IMG/VR virus record: IMGVR_UViG_3300033483_000002
Location: 1-54,202 of that record
Source of the DNA: a virus
Lineage: Duplodnaviria; Caudoviricetes
Reading direction: 5' to 3' (one strand)
Length of the DNA stretch: 54,202 nt
Positions 46,000 to 54,202 of this stretch are shown here, piece after piece (the first letter of the stretch is position 1; every line of letters starts with the position of its first letter). The notes beneath the pieces are model-generated. The model saw only the letters and a program-made list of their open reading frames with translations, ran no database searches and was not told the origin of the DNA. Position numbers and translations under genes: made by a program.

Positions 46000-47012
46000 A
46001 TACAAACAGAAGGTTGTCTATTTTCGGGTTTGCCGGAGCTGGGTCTTATACAGTATTGGATAATACAGGAGAATATTGTTCTCAACTGGTAACTATCCAT
46101 GAGTCGTTGACTATTAAATACATTCATTTTTACGTTACGTCGGTAACTACGGCAGGGGATGTAATTGCGTCCCTTAATGCGGTAAATAGTACATCACAAC
46201 CGGCGATTCCAGGTGACATCCTGGGATCTGGAAACTCTGCATATGCAACTGCGACAATATCCGCCGCGGGATGGAAACGACTTGAACTGACGTCACCATT
46301 ATCTGTTTCGAGTGGAGACAGGGTATTTATTAAAATAGGTAGTTACAACTTTGTTGCAGGGTCTTATAGAATTGCTAATGTAAGTAGCAATTTATTTTAT
46401 GATAATGGCAATTATCATCTTACAAATCTTGGAACTGTTGATGCATCAGCAACGAATAGGCTTTGTATACTACTTGAATCAACAACCGGTCTGATGATAG
46501 GCTGTACTGCCATTCCATTCTCCTCGACAGCATTAACAGTTAATACCGGGACTACTCCGGATGAAGTGGGAAATTTAATAACTGCAAAATATGGATATGA
46601 TGTCGTTGGAGCATATGTACATAGTGATATTGATGCTGCATATGACATTATAATGTATTATGACGGCAGTACTTATTCAAAATCAATGAGTGAAAATGAA
46701 AGAGCAGCTGTAACGTCAAATCCCTTTACTGTATATTTTGCCGATAAAATACATGTAATAAAAGGTAGTACATATAGATTAGTAATAAAACCTACAACTA
46801 CAACAAGCATTACTTTTTACGAATGTTTGTTTCCTACATCATATGAATCATTAGTACTAACCAATTATTTTTCAGGTGAAACTATTGTAAAAACGTCAAG
46901 ATCAGATGCAGGATCTTGGACTGATGACTCAACTAAATTAACTACTATATTACCAATAATATCAGGTATTGATTATGGAATTATAAAACCCTTATCGTTT
47001 AATGGAGTATAA
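45993..47012 (+). CDS. Putative virion fibre/jelly-roll protein
   Basis: Ser/Thr/Gly-rich, two beta-sandwich-like halves. Confidence 0.5.
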   Translation: MVNTNRRLSIFGFAGAGSYTVLDNTGEYCSQLVTIHESLTIKYIHFYVTSVTTAGDVIASLNAVNSTSQPAIPGDILGSGNSAYATATISAAGWKRLELTSPLSVSSGDRVFIKIGSYNFVAGSYRIANVSSNLFYDNGNYHLTNLGTVDASATNRLCILLESTTGLMIGCTAIPFSSTALTVNTGTTPDEVGNLITAKYGYDVVGAYVHSDIDAAYDIIMYYDGSTYSKSMSENERAAVTSNPFTVYFADKIHVIKGSTYRLVIKPTTTTSITFYECLFPTSYESLVLTNYFSGETIVKTSRSDAGSWTDDSTKLTTILPIISGIDYGIIKPLSFNGV

Positions 47013-47014
47013 TT

Positions 47015-47653
47015 ATGTCAAGTTCAATTGGAATACATAGAGGTGAAACAAGTATTATAAGAGCAATATTAATACTTGATTCTGCTTCAGAAGTTGGTGC
47101 CGGTAAAACAGGACTTGCTTATAGTACTGGTTCACTTGTCGGTTACTATTGGTATCCCGGTATTTCCGCTGCGGCATCTTTGACACTGGAAGATATCACA
47201 ACTTTGGGGACTTATCAGGCGCCGACAAGTAATGCACACTTGCGTATAAAAGAGATTTCATCTGCAAATATGCCTGGTCTTTATGAGTTGCATTTTCATA
47301 ATGACTGGTCATCTATTGTAAATGGTCGAAAACAAATTGTCATTATGTTAAAAGGTGCATCCGGTATGGTTCAAACAACGTTGAGAATAGAACTTATACA
47401 ACCTACTGGAATAGTTGAAATTGCCATTGAAGATACCGACTTTGAACCTACAACAACAGCTTTTGAAGTTGTTGGAATAACAGATGCAACAGCGAATGCG
47501 TATAAGGATTGTTGGATAAAATTTCTTACAGGGAATAATACAGGAGAAGTTAAAAAGGTATCGGCGAGTTCCGTCGTAACAACAAATGTAAAATTAACAG
47601 TTGATACAATGCAAGCTGCTCCAGCGGACGGAGATAGAGCAATAATTTTTTAG
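47015..47653 (+). CDS. Putative virion structural protein
   Basis: GKTGL, MPGLY, F.TG.N.G, APA.GD motifs. Confidence 0.55.
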   Translation: MSSSIGIHRGETSIIRAILILDSASEVGAGKTGLAYSTGSLVGYYWYPGISAAASLTLEDITTLGTYQAPTSNAHLRIKEISSANMPGLYELHFHNDWSSIVNGRKQIVIMLKGASGMVQTTLRIELIQPTGIVEIAIEDTDFEPTTTAFEVVGITDATANAYKDCWIKFLTGNNTGEVKKVSASSVVTTNVKLTVDTMQAAPADGDRAIIF

Positions 47654-47661
47654 GTTGAAAT

Positions 47662-48732
47662 ATGGCAATTAGAATTATTTCATCACCTATTTTATGGAGA
47701 CTTGGATCATCCGATGAACTATCGGATATTAATGTATCAAGTGCTGTACAAAGTCAATCTGCAATCGGTATATCTGAAATTGAGCTTGATGTTTCTTTAA
47801 GTAGTGCAGTCCAATCTCAATCTGCTGTTGGTGCATCTGAAATTGAACTTGATATAACTATAGATAGTTCTGCACAAGCTCAAAATGCAATTGCAACAGC
47901 AGATATAGATGTATCAAATACTATTAATGTATCAAGTTCAGTACAGTCACAGAATGCAATATCGGAAGCTGAAGTTGATCTTGATATATCTTTAAGTAGT
48001 TCTGTTCAAAGTCAATCAGCTTTAAGTAATGTATCTATTGGTCTTGATGTTTCAATAACAAGTGATACTCAAGCACAATCAGCGATTGCATTAGTAGATA
48101 TTACAATAGGTAATACTATTAATGTATCAAGTTCAGTACAGTCGCAAAGTGCTATTGGAACATCCGACATTAATATTGATATAAGTATTACGAGTAATGT
48201 ACAGAGTCAATCCGCTATTGCAGCAGCAAGTATTGAAATTAGTGTTCCTGAAGCAATAACAAGTGTGAGGACAAAAATGAGAAAGGCTTTAAAATCATGT
48301 ATAAAAGAAATGACAATAGCAAGTGGATACAACTTTACTTATACTGATGTTTTTGATCCTCCTATTAACATGGAAAAAATGACAACTTACCCTACTGTAA
48401 ATATCATTTATAATAAAGAGAGGAGATTAGGAGAAAAATATATAGGTAATGATCCGATATTTGATATTCTATTACCTGTTCAGTTTGATATTTTTCTCTA
48501 TGACATAAATGATACTTCACTTGCACAAGACAAGGCGATTGCAGATTTTCAACGTTACTTTGGTAGAAATTATTATATAAAACCGGCAACAGGTTCACGA
48601 ACAGTATTTAATTGTATATGGTCTGCAAATGACATATGGGGAACAGAAAGGGAGGTCCCTAATTGTGGAGTTTCAGTTGAACTTGACGTTTATTATTCAA
48701 TAAGAAAAAATGATCCTACTTTAATGATTTAA
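47662..48732 (+). CDS. Ser-rich repeat region fused to a tail terminator-like domain
   Basis: Eight repeats of about 21-23 aa, then TSVR...AL...I.....GY...YP; directly before tail tube. Confidence 0.65.
   Translation: MAIRIISSPILWRLGSSDELSDINVSSAVQSQSAIGISEIELDVSLSSAVQSQSAVGASEIELDITIDSSAQAQNAIATADIDVSNTINVSSSVQSQNAISEAEVDLDISLSSSVQSQSALSNVSIGLDVSITSDTQAQSAIALVDITIGNTINVSSSVQSQSAIGTSDINIDISITSNVQSQSAIAAASIEISVPEAITSVRTKMRKALKSCIKEMTIASGYNFTYTDVFDPPINMEKMTTYPTVNIIYNKERRLGEKYIGNDPIFDILLPVQFDIFLYDINDTSLAQDKAIADFQRYFGRNYYIKPATGSRTVFNCIWSANDIWGTEREVPNCGVSVELDVYYSIRKNDPTLMI
47725..48243 (+). repeat. Coding tandem repeat, consensus near (L/I)D(I/V)S(L/I)SSxVQSQSA(I)
   Basis: Eight units; exact 32-bp DNA repeat at 47917 and 48112 (195 bp, three units apart). 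Confidence 0.85.
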
Positions 48733-48744
48733 CAGGAGGTAGAA

Positions 48745-49725
48745 ATGTTACGATTAATGGATGCAACAAAGGTTCTCGGATTTAAAATTGAAACAACTCC
48801 GTATACTGCGGAAACACTTACTGCTGCAGATTATAACCAGAGAGTATATGACATAAAGATGTCACCTGATATTGAAAGTTATGCTCAAAAACTTGCAAGA
48901 GGAGATTACTCAAAAGATATTTCGATTTCAGGTAAAAGAAAATGTACTTGTTCATGTTCTGTTGATTTATACCCTGGCTCAACTGTTGCAACTGCACCAC
49001 AATATTTTGCAATGATACGTTCATGCGGGTGGAAACAGATAGCTCATGGTGCCACTGGAATAAGTTTGACTCCCAATGCTCTTTACAATAGAGTACCCGC
49101 AACTATTGAAGTATTGTACCTTGAAGAAGGTACTACTCCACGTCAAGTATGTGTGACAATGAAAGGAGCAATGGGAAAATTGAAGATTGACAGTCCACAA
49201 GTAGGCCAACCTATTAAACTTTTATTTGAATTTACTGGTTCACTTGTACGTGTAGGGACATTTTCAAATCCTGCAGTAATAACCCCTACTGCATGGGACA
49301 CAGCCCTTCCCCCAGCGGTTTTAGCAGTGACTTTTTCTCTATTTGGAACATGGCAATTTCCAAGTAAATTTTCAATTGATAGTAATGAAACAGTTGATTT
49401 GTTTTCCGATATTAGTCAATCAAGTGGTTTTGATGGCGCAAGGATTATAGATCGAAATATGACTTGTGATTGTGATCCTGATATGATAGCAACTGATGAT
49501 CTTAACTTACTAACTCCACAACAGAATAATACAACAGGTGCTTTATCAGTAACAATAGGAGGTGCAGTTCCTTTCTATATTACCGCTCCTGCTGCTCAAC
49601 TTGCAGGACCTCCTTACAATCCTGAAGTAAGGGAGGGACATTTAACTAATCCGTTAAAAATTGAATTAAAACGGGGAACAAATGGGAATGACGAATGCGA
49701 AATTTTACAAGGGAGTAAATCATAA
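48745..49725 (+). CDS. Major tail tube protein
   Basis: AGGAGG RBS; K.E..Y N-terminus, CG, L.FEFTG; precedes chaperone and tape measure. Confidence 0.75.
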   Translation: MLRLMDATKVLGFKIETTPYTAETLTAADYNQRVYDIKMSPDIESYAQKLARGDYSKDISISGKRKCTCSCSVDLYPGSTVATAPQYFAMIRSCGWKQIAHGATGISLTPNALYNRVPATIEVLYLEEGTTPRQVCVTMKGAMGKLKIDSPQVGQPIKLLFEFTGSLVRVGTFSNPAVITPTAWDTALPPAVLAVTFSLFGTWQFPSKFSIDSNETVDLFSDISQSSGFDGARIIDRNMTCDCDPDMIATDDLNLLTPQQNNTTGALSVTIGGAVPFYITAPAAQLAGPPYNPEVREGHLTNPLKIELKRGTNGNDECEILQGSKS

Positions 49726-50171
49726 TGACTAAAAAAATTGAGAACATTGTTATATCAAAGGAATATCTTGATAAGATAAGAAATTTTGCAGCTATTCAGC
49801 CAAATGAAACTTTTGTATATGTACCTATTGCATATCGAAATCTACCGGATGAATTGAAACCAAGATTTACTCTTTCTCCTATTTCAGGTGAAGATTGTTT
49901 ACGGTATGCTGATATGATGAGAGGGGAAGTTTTTGTTGATGGTGGAAAAGCTCAAGTGCAGATCAAGCATGGAGAATATACTATTGCAGTAGTAAAGAAA
50001 GGTTTACGTCAATGGGATAATTATTACGATATTAATGGAAATGTTATTCCTTTTCAAGTAGGAAATATTTCTAATTTTGATGTTTTACCAAGAGAATTAC
50101 TTGAGGAATTGAGTGAAGCTATTACAAGTAAATCAAAGCTGACAAATGAGGAAATGTTAGGTTTAAAATAG
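49725..50171 (+). CDS. Tail assembly chaperone (gpG-like)
   Basis: Between tube and TMP; ends at a slippery site. Confidence 0.75.
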   Translation: MTKKIENIVISKEYLDKIRNFAAIQPNETFVYVPIAYRNLPDELKPRFTLSPISGEDCLRYADMMRGEVFVDGGKAQVQIKHGEYTIAVVKKGLRQWDNYYDINGNVIPFQVGNISNFDVLPRELLEELSEAITSKSKLTNEEMLGLK

Positions 50172-50203
50172 TTGCCCTGCTTTGGAGCGGTCGCGCAGGG
50201 CAA
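50162..50203 (+). other. Programmed -1 frameshift signal
   Basis: T-TTA-AAA (50162-50168) then perfect stem TTGCCCTGC/GCAGGGCAA. Confidence 0.8.
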
Positions 50204-50497
50204 AATTTTAACTGTAGTACATGTATAGAGGATGAAGACCGCAAGATAGTTTGGGGTTGTAATGGTAAATCTACAATGGCAACTCCTACAATGGTTGATG
50301 AAGACAAAGAAACTATTAAAAAGTTTTGGTCTTGTCCCGTTCGATTTATACCTGATTCAGTGCATTACTTTATCAAGTGTTTTACCTTTTATCAAAGTCA
50401 TCCGTCGTCGCCCTTTCCTACAATTGATGAAGTCAGCCCGAGATATTTACAAGCAGAAAATATTCTTAATAGTGAATTATTACAGAATAGGAAGTAA
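50162..50497 (+). CDS. Tail assembly chaperone frameshift extension (gpT-like)
   Basis: -1 frame is open from the slippery site through track ORF 50276-50497; CSTC...WGC...CP. Confidence 0.75.
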   Translation, partial: FKIVALLWSGRAGQNFNCSTCIEDEDRKIVWGCNGKSTMATPTMVDEDKETIKKFWSCPVRFIPDSVHYFIKCFTFYQSHPSSPFPTIDEVSPRYLQAENILNSELLQNRK

Positions 50498-50499
50498 CT

Positions 50500-52404
50500 A
50501 TGTCTGATGCAATGGAACTTGAAGCAAGATTAAAAAATTCAATAACACCTGAACTTGAAAAGATAAGTCAGGGAATGACTGATTTATCAAAGAATACAAA
50601 GGAAAGTACTACAAAAATAAGTAATGAATTTGACGGATTGAATAAAGTTACAGGATTGCTTGTAAAATCATTTCTCGGATTTGCAACAGCAAGGCAGGCA
50701 ATTCGTTTCTTTTTCGATTGTCGTAATGCCGCTCAAGAATATCAGAAAACACAATTACTGCTTAAAGCATCACTTGGTTATACTTCAGGTGCTCTTGAAG
50801 ATCAAACACAAGCTTTAATGAAAAAATTAACAATTGATGACGAACAAATACGTTCCGTTCAAACTGCAATTTCTTATTTTACAAAAGATGAACAGCAGAT
50901 AAAAAGTTTGACACAAGCATCACTTGATTTTGCAGCAGCAACAGGAATGGATGCTGTTTCCACTGCTCGTTTATTAGGTCGATCAATTGAAGGAAATACT
51001 GGAATACTTTCCCGATATGGGATTAAAATAAATGAATCAGGTAATGAACTCAATAAAGTTGATTCGATTATTGATTCTGTAAATAAACGTTTTGGTGGTC
51101 AAGCTATTGCTCTTGCGGAATCCAAAGACTTGTGGGATAAATTTAAATTATCTGTTAGTGAAGCAAGGGAATCAATTGGTTTATTAATGAAGAGTGATTT
51201 TTGGTCCGGTAAACTTGAAAATAAAGGTGCTGAATATGTTGCTTTTATGGAATATAACTATAAAAATGCACAAAGAATACTTGCAAGTTCAGATCAATAT
51301 AGCACTGAAGTAGTTGCAAGAGCGAAAGCAAGAATTGAAGAATACAAGAATGATCCTGAAATTTCAGGTGGTAAAAGTGCCCGATTCAAAAATGATATGT
51401 CAAAATATTTCAGTGATTTGAAGCAATCAAATTTACTAACTGCAAAACTGCAAAAGGAATTATGGGAACTTACTGAAGAAGGAAAAGTAAAAAGCCTTGA
51501 AAAACAAAGATCTGATGAACTTAATAATACACAATTAACTGAACAGCAAAGATATTTGATTATTGAACGTTATCAATTTCAAATTGATGCTCTTAAACAA
51601 GCAATGGCTGATAAGCAACAAAAAAGAGATAATGAAATTGATAGAATGGCAAGGGAAGCTTTTGACGAAACAATAAAAAGACAACAGGAAGAATCAGCAT
51701 TTATTGAAACTGAAGAAGCGAAGAGAGTTGATATATTAAATCAACGTTTTGTTACTGAAATGAATAGACGTAATAAATCAACTGCTGATGAAAGAAAGGA
51801 CAATGACCGAAAGAAAAAAGAGGATGATCAACTTACAAAGCAAAAAATACAAAATATGGAATTTGGGGCTGATGCTTCTTTTGCTATAATAGGTAATTTA
51901 GCAAGAGCAAGCAAAGCATCATCAGCAACTCAAAAAGTAATTGACATAGGCCAAGCAACAGCGAATACAGCTCTTGCAGTTACAAAAGCGATGGCACCTG
52001 GCTTAAAATGGCAAATACCTTTTATTATTGCAATGGGTGCTTCGCAGATTGCATTAATTGCTTCTCAAAAATATGGATATGGTGGTATTGTTCCCGGTAA
52101 TGAAACATCAGGTGATAAAGTTCCTGCAATGTTGAATTCAAGGGAAATGATATTAACACTGGGACAACAAGAGAACCTTTTCAACATGCTTTCCCGCCCT
52201 AATCAAATTACAAATAATAGTATTGCAAATAATAGTCAATCAATAAATACACCTATAAATCTTAATATTACTGTTTCAAACGGATCTAATTTTGATATAA
52301 GTGCTGCTCGTTTTACAGTAGATAGCCTTGTTCCAGTGTTAGGTGATGCTCTTTTGCGCGCAAAAAATGAAGGCCGTTTAAGAAATTATGAGACAGCAAG
52401 ATAA
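50500..52404 (+). CDS. Tape measure protein
   Basis: Helical Ala/Gln/Glu-rich; GGIVPG....D.VPAML...EM motif near C-terminus. Confidence 0.85.
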   Translation: MSDAMELEARLKNSITPELEKISQGMTDLSKNTKESTTKISNEFDGLNKVTGLLVKSFLGFATARQAIRFFFDCRNAAQEYQKTQLLLKASLGYTSGALEDQTQALMKKLTIDDEQIRSVQTAISYFTKDEQQIKSLTQASLDFAAATGMDAVSTARLLGRSIEGNTGILSRYGIKINESGNELNKVDSIIDSVNKRFGGQAIALAESKDLWDKFKLSVSEARESIGLLMKSDFWSGKLENKGAEYVAFMEYNYKNAQRILASSDQYSTEVVARAKARIEEYKNDPEISGGKSARFKNDMSKYFSDLKQSNLLTAKLQKELWELTEEGKVKSLEKQRSDELNNTQLTEQQRYLIIERYQFQIDALKQAMADKQQKRDNEIDRMAREAFDETIKRQQEESAFIETEEAKRVDILNQRFVTEMNRRNKSTADERKDNDRKKKEDDQLTKQKIQNMEFGADASFAIIGNLARASKASSATQKVIDIGQATANTALAVTKAMAPGLKWQIPFIIAMGASQIALIASQKYGYGGIVPGNETSGDKVPAMLNSREMILTLGQQENLFNMLSRPNQITNNSIANNSQSINTPINLNITVSNGSNFDISAARFTVDSLVPVLGDALLRAKNEGRLRNYETAR

Positions 52405-52406
52405 AT

Positions 52407-54202
52407 ATGGCATTACATACTTATAATATCGGTAGTGGCGGTGATTTTGAAAATCCTGCATTAGCATTGAACTATATTCAAGCTTTAGCTTCACAAGAGG
52501 AATACATATTAAATATAATTTCCAATATTACTTGGGAATCAGGTGGAAGTTATTATCAACCTAAAAATTCAGACAGTAAAATAAAAATTACATGCAGTCA
52601 TAATGAAGTATTAAGAAATGATCAATCCCAGTGGTATACTCTCACTTGTACGGATAATTACCCTGCATTGCTCTTGACGCCTTATTCCTATTGGTCTTTA
52701 TGCGAAGTTGAATATTTAAAATTTCTGAATTGTTATTCAAATAGTATATATTTCGGAAGACGTACATCAGATGGATCAATAATATCAAAATGTGTATTTA
52801 TAATGACACTATCATCAGTAGTTAGTGCTATACATTTAGGAACTGACGGACAAAATTATGCAACAATTTGCAATTGCTTAAGTTATGATGGATCAATTAT
52901 CAATAACAATGTTGGTGGTACTACTTATGATCCTTCTTTACCCAGAAGAAAAATGTACAATTGTATTGTTTGTTCAAAAGATACTTCCGCTATATTAATA
53001 CCTCCTCTTTCAAATGTATTAAATGTAGTTATAAAAAACGTTTTTGCATTTAGCTATAATTCAGGTGTTGTTACTTTTCAAGATAATGGTTCAACTGTAA
53101 ATGTTGATTACTGTGCAACAGACAATAATTCAATTTCAGGTGGTACAGGTAATGTTACAGATGTAAATTATTTAAATGAATTGTTATCAATAGATATTAA
53201 TAGTCCTAATTTTCTAAAACCAAAATCAGACAGTACAATAAAATCACTGGGTACTGATCCTTCTTCCGTTATATCATCTGATTTTTCCGGTATAAATTAT
53301 GCGTCTCCTTTTCCTATTGGTGCTTACCAATATGTCATTGCAATAATTCATACAGGTTATAAAATACTTAATATTCCAACAATAGGATTTAAGCATGAAT
53401 CAATTCCATACAAACAAGAAACACTTTCTTCCAGTGATTACCATTATTCAATAAATTCAGACATAAAAATTCAACCGAATATAGAGAGTTATTTTCAAAA
53501 TATCTGTACAGGTGACTTCTCTAATTTTCCTTCAATCTCTGGAAAAAGACTATGTGCCATTAATTTCTCAATTAATTTATATACGATGACTGATTTGACA
53601 ATTGCACCTTCTTATTTTGATATTCTTGAGTCATGCGGATGGAAAAAAATTTCAATTATTAATGGAGTTAAAATATTTCCTGATAGTTTGTATAACAGTA
53701 TTCCATCAACTATTGAAGTTGTATATCCTGAAGAGAATGACGAACCGGATCAAATAGTTTATAAAATAAGCGGTGCAATGGGAATGGTGAAATTTACAGG
53801 TGAAACAGGAAAACCGATTAAAGCTGAATTTTCCTTTATTGGTTCACTGGAAAAAATATCAACTAGGCTTTTTGCAGATATGATCACCCCTAATAATTTT
53901 GATGATTCCGTTCCTTTTGTTTTACTTGGATCATCATTCAAATTATTTAATACTGATCTTGCATTGGATAAATTTGAAATTAATAGCGGTGAAATAATAA
54001 ATCTTTTTTCCAACATAATGAAATCGAGCGGTTATGATGGTGCAAGAATAATTGATTCATTCATTGCAGGAAAATTAAATGTTTATGAAGATCCGGGAAG
54101 TCTTAATACTTTATATAGTAGAATTGTAAATAATAATGAAGGTAAATTAGAATTAATATCAGGTAATTTTACATTTAATATTGAAAATATCAAAATTACT
54201 TC
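52407..54202 (+). CDS. Partial tail protein: beta-helix-like N-terminus fused to a tail-tube paralog (not in ORF track)
   Basis: Open from ATG 52407 to window end; IGSGGDF start, IGAYQY motif, then SISGKR, SCGWK, GAMG, SSGYDGARIID shared with 48745-49725. Confidence 0.8.
   Translation, partial: MALHTYNIGSGGDFENPALALNYIQALASQEEYILNIISNITWESGGSYYQPKNSDSKIKITCSHNEVLRNDQSQWYTLTCTDNYPALLLTPYSYWSLCEVEYLKFLNCYSNSIYFGRRTSDGSIISKCVFIMTLSSVVSAIHLGTDGQNYATICNCLSYDGSIINNNVGGTTYDPSLPRRKMYNCIVCSKDTSAILIPPLSNVLNVVIKNVFAFSYNSGVVTFQDNGSTVNVDYCATDNNSISGGTGNVTDVNYLNELLSIDINSPNFLKPKSDSTIKSLGTDPSSVISSDFSGINYASPFPIGAYQYVIAIIHTGYKILNIPTIGFKHESIPYKQETLSSSDYHYSINSDIKIQPNIESYFQNICTGDFSNFPSISGKRLCAINFSINLYTMTDLTIAPSYFDILESCGWKKISIINGVKIFPDSLYNSIPSTIEVVYPEENDEPDQIVYKISGAMGMVKFTGETGKPIKAEFSFIGSLEKISTRLFADMITPNNFDDSVPFVLLGSSFKLFNTDLALDKFEINSGEIINLFSNIMKSSGYDGARIIDSFIAGKLNVYEDPGSLNTLYSRIVNNNEGKLELISGNFTFNIENIKIT

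Noticed and set aside
55-54016. All minus-strand ORFs in the track
   Set aside because: Short antisense shadows of + strand genes, with no recognisable motifs
1-54202. Integrase/IntI, reverse transcriptase (DGR), transposase or endolysin
   Set aside because: No R-H-R-H-Y, YxDD RT, DDE transposase or muralytic motifs recognised in any ORF; they may lie outside the window
1-54202. Alternative genetic code (stop reassignment)
   Set aside because: Core genes are full length in code 11, and TAA, TAG and TGA all end genes at sensible junctions

Overview
A 54.2-kb, AT-rich segment of a tailed dsDNA phage (siphovirus-like layout). Essentially all real genes are on the + strand, and no integrase or rRNA is visible. 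Order: (1) 1-19.7 kb recombination/replication/DNA-modification module (SNF2-like helicase, RuvC-like resolvase, family-4 UDG, PD-(D/E)XK nuclease, AAA/Sak4-like ATPase, SSB-like protein, family-A DNA polymerase, Zn-finger/TOPRIM/AAA+ primase-helicase, three DNA methyltransferases, radical SAM); (2) 19.7-27.6 kb small accessory genes around an AT-rich repeat-bearing intergenic region; (3) 27.8-54.2 kb morphogenesis genes (TerS, TerL, portal-gpF fusion, protease, HK97-type capsid, neck, tail tube, frameshifted chaperone, tape measure). Two systems stand out. First, at 2920-5880 there is a visibly GC-richer array of about ten 190-370 bp units separated by integron attC-like hairpins (AAC...imperfect inverted repeat...GTT). 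In eight of ten units the AAC box is complementary to the GTT box at that unit's own 5' end, as expected for cassettes that excise and integrate as circles. Unusually, the cassette genes run into or through the hairpin, and no integrase is present in the window. Second, a GDP-L-fucose synthase and a block of about seven glycosyltransferase-like genes plus a radical SAM sit inside the virion operon, next to a Ser/Thr-rich repeat tail protein, suggesting virion glycosylation. All calls come from manual reading of motifs; no database searches were run.
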